DNA of 38,953 nt. Source: a virus (Duplodnaviria; Caudoviricetes). The number at the start of each line of letters is the position of its first letter. Position 1 is the stretch's first letter. A program made the position numbers and the translations under genes. The stretch spans positions 1-38,953 of the IMG/VR virus record IMGVR_UViG_3300020045_002563. The stretch is one strand, 5' to 3'. The notes under the pieces were generated by a model that was not told the origin of the DNA, ran no database searches, and saw only the letters and a list, made by a program, of their open reading frames with translations. This document shows, in pieces, positions 25,633-32,463 of the stretch.

Positions 25633-25863
25633 ATGGGTTGGATTAGTGTTGATGAGCAAATGCCAACTGTTGGCGATAATGGTTGCGTCAGGGCGTTAGC
25701 GTTTTGTCAATCAAACAAATACGTTGGAGAAATGGAGTATACATTCCCACAATATGCAAAAACAGAAAATGGTAAAGCGCCTCGCTGCCAGCGAGGCGGC
25801 CGAATTAGACATTGGGCAGTCACCCACTGGATGCCACTACCACCAGCCCCGGTGACAGAATGA
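25633..25863 (+). CDS. DUF551-like protein
   Basis: WISVDEQMP...VTHWMPLPPAP signature; GGAGGT RBS. Confidence 0.85.
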   Translation: MGWISVDEQMPTVGDNGCVRALAFCQSNKYVGEMEYTFPQYAKTENGKAPRCQRGGRIRHWAVTHWMPLPPAPVTE

Positions 25864-26039
25864 GCAACCCCGGAGCATGGAAACTAACGCCGCTAACACC
25901 ATGCAGCGTTGAGCGAGTAGTGCGCGAGCTAGACGAGGCGTTCAGTCGTGCAAATCCAAAACACAAGCGGGTTAAGTCGCCCGCTGAACAGTTTGACGAT
26001 AGCCACGCGGAGTGGCTGATTAATGGGAGAGAATGTTAA
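25860..26039 (+). CDS. Hypothetical protein
   Basis: ATGA-coupled, 59 aa. Confidence 0.45.
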   Translation: MSNPGAWKLTPLTPCSVERVVRELDEAFSRANPKHKRVKSPAEQFDDSHAEWLINGREC

Positions 26040-26227
26040 TGGAAATAGTATGTTTAGGCGGTAAAATTGCTCTTACGCTGGTTTATTTGAGTTTATCGTT
26101 TATGTTTGTGTGCAATACATTTGGGTTTTCAACTAGCGATAACATTAAGACCTTTGTGGTTGCTTGCTTCTTTGGCGGCGTCGCAGTTGGAGTGGCTTCA
26201 ATAATTGCATTGGTGTGGACGCTATGA
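26033..26227 (+). CDS. Small two-TM membrane protein
   Basis: Two hydrophobic segments; GGAG RBS. Confidence 0.55.
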   Translation: MLMEIVCLGGKIALTLVYLSLSFMFVCNTFGFSTSDNIKTFVVACFFGGVAVGVASIIALVWTL

Positions 26228-26397
26228 AACTATTCAAACTAGCCTGCACAACACGAGCAGGTGATTTTATCGAAACAGAGACCAGCGCAACCAACATGAC
26301 CGGCGCAATCGAGGCGTTTATTTATGAGCTTGGACTGATGCATAGCACGTACATGGATGATGTTGTTGAGTTGGATATTTCGGAGGTGCAGCTATGA
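26224..26397 (+). CDS. Hypothetical protein
   Basis: MKLFKLACTTRAGDFIE...; ATGA-coupled at both ends. Confidence 0.5.
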   Translation: MKLFKLACTTRAGDFIETETSATNMTGAIEAFIYELGLMHSTYMDDVVELDISEVQL

Positions 26398-27032
26398 ACG
26401 ACATCATAAACCAACAGCGCGAACGCATAGCCGAACTTGAGCGCGAAAAGGCTGAGTTGGTGGCGCAGGTTGAGGTGCTGCGTGGAGCGCTAAAATGCTT
26501 ATCTTTTGAGGCTCAAATCAGCGGTGGTGTTGCAGGAAGAAATGAATCTTTAATTTATGCAGTTGATTTTGCTCATAAAGTTTTGGTTAAAGTAACACCA
26601 ACCCAATGCCTAAACCAAATCATTAAAGATTACGTCATGGGTATGGTTGTTTCTGTTGATGTATCAATTTCAGAAGAAACTGCTTACAAAAGAATTTTCG
26701 CAAAAATTATTGAGCCTATGGAGTGTAGTGGGGTTAAAAACGATATTGTGCTTTTGTCGGAAGCCAGCAAGCTATGTGTCGATGACTCTCGAATTAAGCA
26801 TCAGCTTGAGTTTCATGGTGAGAATAGAGATGCAATATGTTCTTGCGGCAAAGATCCATATCACTGGGCGCATCCAGCTGATAGTGTCGATTTTGATAAA
26901 TACCTAAGCCAAATCAAGGTAGAAGCTGGTCGTGCTGGGTATGTTCAGGCAATACACGATTTAGGCTATAAGGATTCGCGTTTAACTGATAGGGCCAACA
27001 AATACGCCGAGCGCGTAGCTAAGGGGGAGTGA
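26394..27032 (+). CDS. Mosaic Ea22/Ead-like accessory protein
   Basis: N-terminal coiled coil (QRERIAELEREKAELVAQVEVLR) typical of lambdoid Ea22-like mosaics; GGAGGT RBS. Confidence 0.55.
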   Translation: MNDIINQQRERIAELEREKAELVAQVEVLRGALKCLSFEAQISGGVAGRNESLIYAVDFAHKVLVKVTPTQCLNQIIKDYVMGMVVSVDVSISEETAYKRIFAKIIEPMECSGVKNDIVLLSEASKLCVDDSRIKHQLEFHGENRDAICSCGKDPYHWAHPADSVDFDKYLSQIKVEAGRAGYVQAIHDLGYKDSRLTDRANKYAERVAKGE

Positions 27033-27259
27033 TGGATAAGCGTGATTTTAAAATTCTTTGGCGCGATGCCCAGCACGGCAGAAGCTGCATAGGAGTTGAG
27101 TGTCCTTTTTGCAAAATGGAGTCAACTGTTTACATTTGGTCTTTGTGTGGCGGAGGCAAGCGCTGCGAAAATAAAAAATGCGACGCTAAATTTGATAAGT
27201 TTGGCGGTGCTGTTTTGGTTTGCAGAAAGAAGACAAACAACAGGAAGTCAAAATCATGA
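27029..27259 (+). CDS. Zn-ribbon protein
   Basis: CPFC..WSLCGGGKRC....C motif. Confidence 0.6.
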   Translation: MMDKRDFKILWRDAQHGRSCIGVECPFCKMESTVYIWSLCGGGKRCENKKCDAKFDKFGGAVLVCRKKTNNRKSKS

Positions 27260-27495
27260 ACAAATCACAAAAAGAGTTTGAGGCGTGGGCTAAAGATAAG
27301 CTTTGCCTCGATAAACGACATGACGGAACTTACGAGTGGCAATCTACGTTATCAGCATGGCTAGGTTGGCAAGCCTCCCGGCAAGCGCTGGTTTTTGAGT
27401 TGCCATCATCGCTAGAGCTTTACAACTCGCCAGCAAATGAAGTGCTTGAAGCTGTTCAGGATGCACCTGATGCAGCAGGAGTGAGATACAAATGA
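27256..27495 (+). CDS. Conserved small phage protein
   Basis: EFEAW...Y....AW.GWQASR is a common phage motif. Confidence 0.65.
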   Translation: MNKSQKEFEAWAKDKLCLDKRHDGTYEWQSTLSAWLGWQASRQALVFELPSSLELYNSPANEVLEAVQDAPDAAGVRYK

Positions 27496-27617
27496 AGCCG
27501 ATCGGTAAGTATGGCTTGTTATTTTCGCTATGCTGTATCGGCTTTTTATTTTTCGGCGCGTGGATTCAGGCGCTAATAATGCTGCCGTTTGCCATTCTTT
27601 GTTGGTCGGACAACTAG
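27492..27617 (+). CDS. 41-aa hydrophobic peptide
   Basis: MKPIGKYGLLFSLCCIGFLFFGAWIQALIMLPFAILCWSDN; ATGA-coupled and ends at a terminator. Confidence 0.45.
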   Translation: MKPIGKYGLLFSLCCIGFLFFGAWIQALIMLPFAILCWSDN

Positions 27618-27638
27618 CCGCCAATAAGCGGCTTTTTT
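27616..27638 (+). terminator. Intrinsic terminator ending the early right arm
   Basis: AGCCGC-CAATAA-GCGGCT-TTTTT. Confidence 0.75.
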
Positions 27639-27678
27639 CATTGCGCAATATGGGCTATACTATGCCAATGATTAACAA

Positions 27679-28137
27679 ATGGCAGTTAACGATTGCAACA
27701 TGACATTCACATCCGATAGACAGCCAGACCCGGAAGACCGCTCAAAGCGCGGCTTAGGTCAAAAAACACTTATGCTCGCAGCCATCGAAGAAGAAACCGG
27801 CGGCGACGAAAAAGAGTTTTTGAAAAAAGTTATTCGCATTGGCTTAGGCAATAACGACACAGGCCAGCCGCCAATCCCCATGCTGCTCAGCGAGGCAATG
27901 AAGCGCATACAGCCGCCACTAAAGCCTTCCGGAGAAAAGGTCAAGCTCAACATCCCAGCATCAGCAAAGCCGCTTGAGAAGTGCGAAATCATCCTCAGTT
28001 ACGTGTTTGATGGTACAATTAGCCCAGACCAAGGCCAGATGCTTGTCGGCATGGTCAAAGACACGCTACAAATCCAAGAATCAACCGAACTAATCCAGCG
28101 CCTTGAAGCTATCGAAGCTGCGCTAAAGGGGAAATAA
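27679..28137 (+). CDS. terS: Putative terminase small subunit (DUF5681-like)
   Basis: FTSDRQP..KRG N-terminus, PPLKP, G.ISPD.G..L and ELIQRLEAIE C-terminal helix, typical of this TerS class; TATACT at 27656 upstream. Confidence 0.62.
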   Translation: MAVNDCNMTFTSDRQPDPEDRSKRGLGQKTLMLAAIEEETGGDEKEFLKKVIRIGLGNNDTGQPPIPMLLSEAMKRIQPPLKPSGEKVKLNIPASAKPLEKCEIILSYVFDGTISPDQGQMLVGMVKDTLQIQESTELIQRLEAIEAALKGK

Positions 28138-28138
28138 T

Positions 28139-29656
28139 ATGCCAGTCATTAATCAAGGCGTGCGCGAAATCGTAACGCTGCAAGTAGGTCAGCCAATCTT
28201 TGTCACTTCAACCGGGTCAGCTGCGTTTACGTATGACCAAGAGCTAGTCAGCTCGCCGCGCACAGTCGCATCAGATAGCGGCGAAGTGCGCATCGGGCCA
28301 TTTGAAATTCAGGTGGATGTTACTATCAATCCGGTTGTTGGGTCGGTATCTTACAGCTACCACCCTAGCGAGTTCAAGTCAAGTGCATCAACCACCATTG
28401 ATGTATCAGAGGCTTTAAGTCAGCTGGCGTTGCCTGTTGGCGCTCAAAGCGTATTATTATTCGGAGATAGCTTTTCCGATGCTCAACAGTCGCAAAATCC
28501 GGTATATCTAAATGAATGTTTATACATCTCATGTTGGCGATTCGTGTTTGGTCGATACGGCTCTAACCTGTACATCAAAGCCAATGAATCACAAGCTGGT
28601 GCCAACGTTGACGATTTAGAGTTGAGATATCCATCAGCACTACAGTCGCTAACAGACTGGGTTTTTATGGACATCGGGCAAAACGATTTTTATAACAACT
28701 TCACTGCAGATTATGTTGCTGCAAAAATGCAAAAGTTCGTTAGTGGGTTTTTGAATCAAGGCCGGAAAGTGATCGTGCTTGGCTGTTTTCCTCAAGTAAC
28801 GACACGCGCAAGCTTTACTGCTGCGCGCAGCCTGGAATCTCAAAAGTACAACAAAATCATGTTTCAATGGGCGCGCACGCAACGCGGAGTTTATTTCATT
28901 GATACGTTCTCATTTGCTGCAGATTGGGCAGACACAACAAACGGCGGTGCATTAACATCAATGTTTAGCACGGATGGTATTCACTTGTCCGTAGTAGGTA
29001 CGATTGCGACTGCTGACGCTGTGTGTAAAGTGCTTGACCGGTACACGCCAAGAAATCCTGACTTATACTTAGGGCAGCTAAATCCAACGGTAATGAATGT
29101 CGCCGAATCGGTGATGTTTGGCACGGCAGGCACCAACGGCACCGGATCCACTGGTCAAGTTGCTAGCGGGTGGACTGCAAGTCGCTCAGCTGGCGCCAAC
29201 GGGGCCATAGTTGCTAGTAAAATTACGCCAGTTGGTCAGCGTCTAACTATTACCTTAAGCGCAACAAACGGTGATAGCACATTCAGATTCTTCAACGGCA
29301 TGAACTCCGGATTAACGGCTATTGTCGGACAGTCTGCAGTAAGTCGCACAAAAATGCGCATCAGAACAACATCGGGTAAGGCTTATTTAAAACAAATGTC
29401 CACCCGCATGTTCTGGACTGATGGAGTTACAAACTTCAACCAGTACAATGGGCGCGTTCAGGGTAGCTTTTCAGGGCTTGGTGACGAGTCTTTTGATACT
29501 GACCTGATCGTGCTTGATACATATCCGCTAGCCGTAACCACAACTGCGTCAGGGTCGTCTGGTTATTACTTTGAAATAGAAATTAACTCAACAGCCGGCG
29601 CAGTGATTGAAATAGACATTTATTCGGTTGATGTTTATGCTCAACCTACTGTTTAG
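28139..29656 (+). CDS. SGNH/GDSL hydrolase with N-terminal beta domain and C-terminal jelly-roll-like domain
   Basis: All four SGNH blocks: FGDS, QAG, GQND and DGIH. The C-terminal half is G/S/T-rich and beta-rich. Confidence 0.82.
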   Translation: MPVINQGVREIVTLQVGQPIFVTSTGSAAFTYDQELVSSPRTVASDSGEVRIGPFEIQVDVTINPVVGSVSYSYHPSEFKSSASTTIDVSEALSQLALPVGAQSVLLFGDSFSDAQQSQNPVYLNECLYISCWRFVFGRYGSNLYIKANESQAGANVDDLELRYPSALQSLTDWVFMDIGQNDFYNNFTADYVAAKMQKFVSGFLNQGRKVIVLGCFPQVTTRASFTAARSLESQKYNKIMFQWARTQRGVYFIDTFSFAADWADTTNGGALTSMFSTDGIHLSVVGTIATADAVCKVLDRYTPRNPDLYLGQLNPTVMNVAESVMFGTAGTNGTGSTGQVASGWTASRSAGANGAIVASKITPVGQRLTITLSATNGDSTFRFFNGMNSGLTAIVGQSAVSRTKMRIRTTSGKAYLKQMSTRMFWTDGVTNFNQYNGRVQGSFSGLGDESFDTDLIVLDTYPLAVTTTASGSSGYYFEIEINSTAGAVIEIDIYSVDVYAQPTV

Positions 29657-29673
29657 TTGGTAGATCGCAAAAC

Positions 29674-29697
29674 AAAGCCCCAAACAAGGGGCTTTTT
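29674..29697 (+). terminator. Intrinsic terminator
   Basis: AAAGCCCC-AAACAA-GGGGCTTTTT. Confidence 0.85.
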
Positions 29698-29747
29698 ATT
29701 GCCGCCTAATCACCCGAGGGGGTGGACTCGAAGAAGTCGCAGATTGA

Positions 29748-29788
29748 CACTGGTCGGACTAGTCAAAAGCGATAGATTGAGTTAGGAT
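29748..29788 (+). promoter_or_regulatory. Near-palindromic FadR-box-like operator and promoter of the RNA region
   Basis: CACTGGTCGGACTAGTC (29748-64) overlaps TTGACA (29744-49); 18 bp downstream is TAGGAT (29783-88). Confidence 0.6.
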
Positions 29789-30017
29789 TGTTTTGTTGAT
29801 ACCGCTGCAAAGACTAATAATCTGTTGCAGGGACAGCCGAAGCCCATCGTTAACGGGCGCTAAAAATCGCGCAAACAGCCAGCGCAACAAGTTATAAGAT
29901 GGCTGATAGAATCTGGGTGGTTTATGTAATAACGCAAGCGTTGGCCGCATAGCGCATAACGTGGCAAGAGAGCAAGTCGAGAATTTATGATCATTAGTTT
30001 TAAAAATTGACAAGTTG

Positions 30018-30076
30018 CCGCAGACGCGGTGCAGTTTATTGGTTTGGTGTTTTTGTGGTTCGATTCCACACTGTGG
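30018..30076 (+). pseudogene. tRNA-like remnant (acceptor-like stem plus T-arm only)
   Basis: CCGCAG pairs with CTGTGG; T-arm GTGG-TTCGATT-CCAC; no recognisable D or anticodon arm. Confidence 0.4.
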
Positions 30077-30084
30077 GTAATCCA

Positions 30085-30139
30085 GTTATTGTTTGGCTAG
30101 CAGATAGATAAGCTGCGCTGGTTCGAATCCAGAATAACG
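30085..30139 (+). pseudogene. Minimal tRNA-like element
   Basis: GTTATT/AATAAC outer stem, GCAG..CTGC hairpin, and T-arm CTGG-TTCGAAT-CCAG. Confidence 0.45.
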
Positions 30140-30223
30140 TAAAAGCCTGCAGAATGGCAGAAACACCAAAACCAATGAGCAGCAGTCTGACAGGAGTTGC
30201 GCTGGTAGTCTCAGATTTATAAC

Positions 30224-30293
30224 GCAGGTTCGCTTAATGGTAGAGCCGATGTGAATACACATCAGAATGGGTTCGATTCCCGTAACTTGCACC
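30224..30293 (+). pseudogene. Degenerate tRNA (cloverleaf with non-canonical anticodon loop)
   Basis: Acceptor GCAGGTT/AACTTGC, D arm GCTT..AATGGTA..GAGC, GATGT-GAATAC-ACATC (6-nt loop), T-arm ATGGG-TTCGATT-CCCGT; ends ACC-T. Confidence 0.65.
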
Positions 30294-30299
30294 TTATGC

Positions 30300-30378
30300 G
30301 CCTCTTAAGCTAATGCGGTAATAGCAACCGGCTCATAACCGGCAGGACAGGGTTCGACCCCCCCCCGGAGAGGCACCA
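30300..30378 (+). tRNA. tRNA with CAU anticodon (Met or lysidine-Ile2), aberrant T-arm
   Basis: Acceptor GCCTCTT/GAGAGGC plus ACCA, D arm GCTA..TAGC, anticodon loop CTCATAA (CAT 30334-36), GGTTCGA; C9 run in the T-arm. Confidence 0.8.
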
Positions 30379-30574
30379 CATAACGCACGGCGTTTGGCAA
30401 CAATGGCGGATAACACGATTCAGAGTAGCAGCTCTCGAACTGCGGAGTGCCTAACGTGTTTGAAATTGTTCGCAGGCGGGGTTTTTACCGGTTATCCGGG
30501 TTTCGCCCTTCTCACTCAGGCAGCTGATTACTGAAGCCGACCAAGCAGCCATAATAAGATTCATGCTTCACTTC

Positions 30575-30599
30575 ACCCGCTTCGGCGGGTTTTCTTTTT
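30575..30599 (+). terminator. Intrinsic terminator closing the RNA region
   Basis: ACCCGC-TTCG-GCGGGT-TTTCTTTTT. Confidence 0.88.
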
Positions 30600-30603
30600 G
30601 TGC

Positions 30604-30643
30604 CACTGGTCGGATATGTTATTGCCATCAGCTGTGGTAGTTT
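30604..30643 (+). promoter_or_regulatory. FadR-box-like site overlapping -35 plus extended -10
   Basis: CACTGGTCGGATATGTT (30604-20), 17 bp, TG-G-TAGTTT (30638-43), immediately after a terminator. Confidence 0.6.
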
Positions 30644-30673
30644 TGCGGCTGGTTATTAATTGGAGATATTGAG

Positions 30674-31603
30674 ATGAAAAACGAATTGTTGGATAAGGCG
30701 GTTGTTGAGTTGGATGGGGTTTTTCCAGATAGCTCTCAGAGCGATACTCATAATATTGACTTATCAAGCATTAATGTAGGCCATTATTTTTCTGCAAATG
30801 ATTGTCTTTTTGTTAGGACTTTGCCTGTTTTTGGTTTTGTATGTTCAGCAGCCCAATTCACCCAGCGCGCCAAAGAGCTAGGCTTCATCAACGGCTATCG
30901 CTGGGGCGTAGAGTATCAGACTGATGGCAAGCGGCCTGAGTTGGCGGATGATGTTGAGGTTGAAATAACTCAGCATGACGGCTTTGTAATGTGCCACCAA
31001 TGTAGATATATTCGCTTTGAGCATGTTGCTGAATTCAAAATCACCGATCAACGCTACAAGCCAGCAGACACGAGCTACCTAGATAAGCCGGAAAGCTCCA
31101 CGCATAGCGCGGAAAGCTCCCGTGATAATGATGCGGATTGGTACGACCACGATAACCAGAAGGCTTTGCGTTTGCCGCCGGTTGGTACTGAGTGTCAATA
31201 CGCGCTGAATGGCGGGAGTATTTATTGGGATTGCGAAGTAATCAGCCATCACCGCTTAGTTATTAAATGCCCTCACTTGGCAGGTGATAGCGGAGAAGGT
31301 CTGCAAGTAATTGGCTGTGACATAGAATTCCGCCCACTAGACCACGCCACGCGCAAAGCTGAACTGGAGCGCCAATCCGAAAAAGAGTCGCTTAAAGAGC
31401 AGTTAATGTCAGTTGTTGAAAAAATTGATTATGACCATGATTTGTTTCGAGAGGTTCTTTCTGAAATTGGCTATTTGCGACAAGCTGAAGGAGATTCCAG
31501 CCTTAACAAAGCCGAAGCCGAGAAAAAACGGGTTGATGGTTGGCAGCCGCCAAGTGGACTTTTCGGCACTGGCTACTTGCGCATGCCATTCAACAAATAC
31601 TAA
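30674..31603 (+). CDS. Mosaic hypothetical phage protein
   Basis: 309 aa with GGAG RBS; contains an LPPVGTECQY..FRPL module common in phage accessory proteins. Confidence 0.7.
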   Translation: MKNELLDKAVVELDGVFPDSSQSDTHNIDLSSINVGHYFSANDCLFVRTLPVFGFVCSAAQFTQRAKELGFINGYRWGVEYQTDGKRPELADDVEVEITQHDGFVMCHQCRYIRFEHVAEFKITDQRYKPADTSYLDKPESSTHSAESSRDNDADWYDHDNQKALRLPPVGTECQYALNGGSIYWDCEVISHHRLVIKCPHLAGDSGEGLQVIGCDIEFRPLDHATRKAELERQSEKESLKEQLMSVVEKIDYDHDLFREVLSEIGYLRQAEGDSSLNKAEAEKKRVDGWQPPSGLFGTGYLRMPFNKY

Positions 31604-31632
31604 ACTAACCAGGCTAACATAGGAGATAAGCA

Positions 31633-31701
31633 ATGGCAGGAACAAAGCAAAAACCGCGCAAGCCAAAAGGCAGCGGTAGCAAACCAAATGACCGCAAGTG
31701 A
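31633..31701 (+). CDS. 22-aa Lys/Arg-rich peptide (MAGTKQKPRKPKGSGSKPNDRK)
   Basis: AGGAG RBS at 31621, ATG 31633; stop lies inside the start of the next gene. Confidence 0.55.
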   Translation: MAGTKQKPRKPKGSGSKPNDRK

Positions 31702-32110
31702 CATAGATATCATCAAGGTGGCCGCGTTTGCGGCTGCCATTCTAATTAACCGACAAGCCGTCATATTACTAGCCGCTCACCTGCTTTGGGAGCTAATGTT
31801 CCTGCTTCCACTATCCGACTTTTGGACCACCATTACAGCCGCCGCCATCTACTCAACGGCAGCCGCGCTATACGTCAAAATGAAATCAGAACTTAGGTAC
31901 ACTATGCTGTGTATTGCTGGCTTATACTACCTCGGTGCCATTGATGCGTTTTTGTTTCCCACAACTGAAACGCTGTATTACAATTCAATCAGTTATTTCA
32001 TAAGCGCGATGGATTTGTACGCGCTGCTCATAGTTTGCAACGGAGGGCGCACAGGTGCTGGAATTGTTCGCCCTTTTGCTTTTTGGCTTTTTCGGCTACA
32101 ATCGCTATAA
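31688..32110 (+). CDS. Multi-pass membrane protein
   Basis: 140 aa, almost entirely hydrophobic, about 4 TM segments. Confidence 0.7.
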   Translation: MTASDIDIIKVAAFAAAILINRQAVILLAAHLLWELMFLLPLSDFWTTITAAAIYSTAAALYVKMKSELRYTMLCIAGLYYLGAIDAFLFPTTETLYYNSISYFISAMDLYALLIVCNGGRTGAGIVRPFAFWLFRLQSL

Positions 32111-32207
32111 AGCAGCTCAAAAACTTTGTAGGCGGGAAATATTACGTGGACTTAGGCACAAAAAACGCATGGCACGACTTAGCCGCAACAGTGATACCGA
32201 TGCTTGA
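32055..32207 (+). CDS. 50-aa N-terminal-TM peptide with basic tail
   Basis: GGAGG at 32042, GTG 32055: MLELFALLLFGFFGYNRYKAAQKLCRREILRGLRHKKRMARLSRNSDTDA; stop overlaps ATG 32200. Confidence 0.45.
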   Translation: MLELFALLLFGFFGYNRYKAAQKLCRREILRGLRHKKRMARLSRNSDTDA

Positions 32208-32463
32208 CTCAGCTCAGTACAAGGTTTATACGTGGTTTGTCGGCCTATCAGCGGGGTATCAAATCAGCGCAAGCAAGCCTGAGTGGCTGCCTGAGTGGGT
32301 TCAACCTGTTATGCTTCAACTGCATGAAATATCGTGGCTTGAATCACTAACGGCGTGGGGCGTAATTATGCTGGCGGTTGAGCGCACATTTGCAGCAATT
32401 ATCAGGTTTAATCAGTGGCGACGCGAGCGGCAGCTTGCTAAACGCCGAGCGCGCACAGTCTAA
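32200..32463 (+). CDS. Small membrane protein with basic C-terminus (holin-like)
   Basis: Two hydrophobic segments followed by RFNQWRRERQLAKRRARTV; abuts terL. An alternative GTG start lies at 32146. Confidence 0.55.
   Translation: MLDSAQYKVYTWFVGLSAGYQISASKPEWLPEWVQPVMLQLHEISWLESLTAWGVIMLAVERTFAAIIRFNQWRRERQLAKRRARTV

Noticed and set aside
29759-30292. Minus-strand ORFs of 68-84 aa in the RNA region
   Set aside because: They have no RBS or recognisable motifs and are antisense to the tRNA-like elements.
30379-30460. tRNA-associated theta (HDV-like) or hammerhead ribozyme
   Set aside because: The tRNA encodes its own CCA, and I could not fit an HDV double pseudoknot or a CUGAnGA/GAAA core by eye.
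31089-31120. Direct repeat CGGAAAGCTCC x2
   Set aside because: The 21-bp period is in frame within a low-complexity linker, so it is a simple coding duplication.
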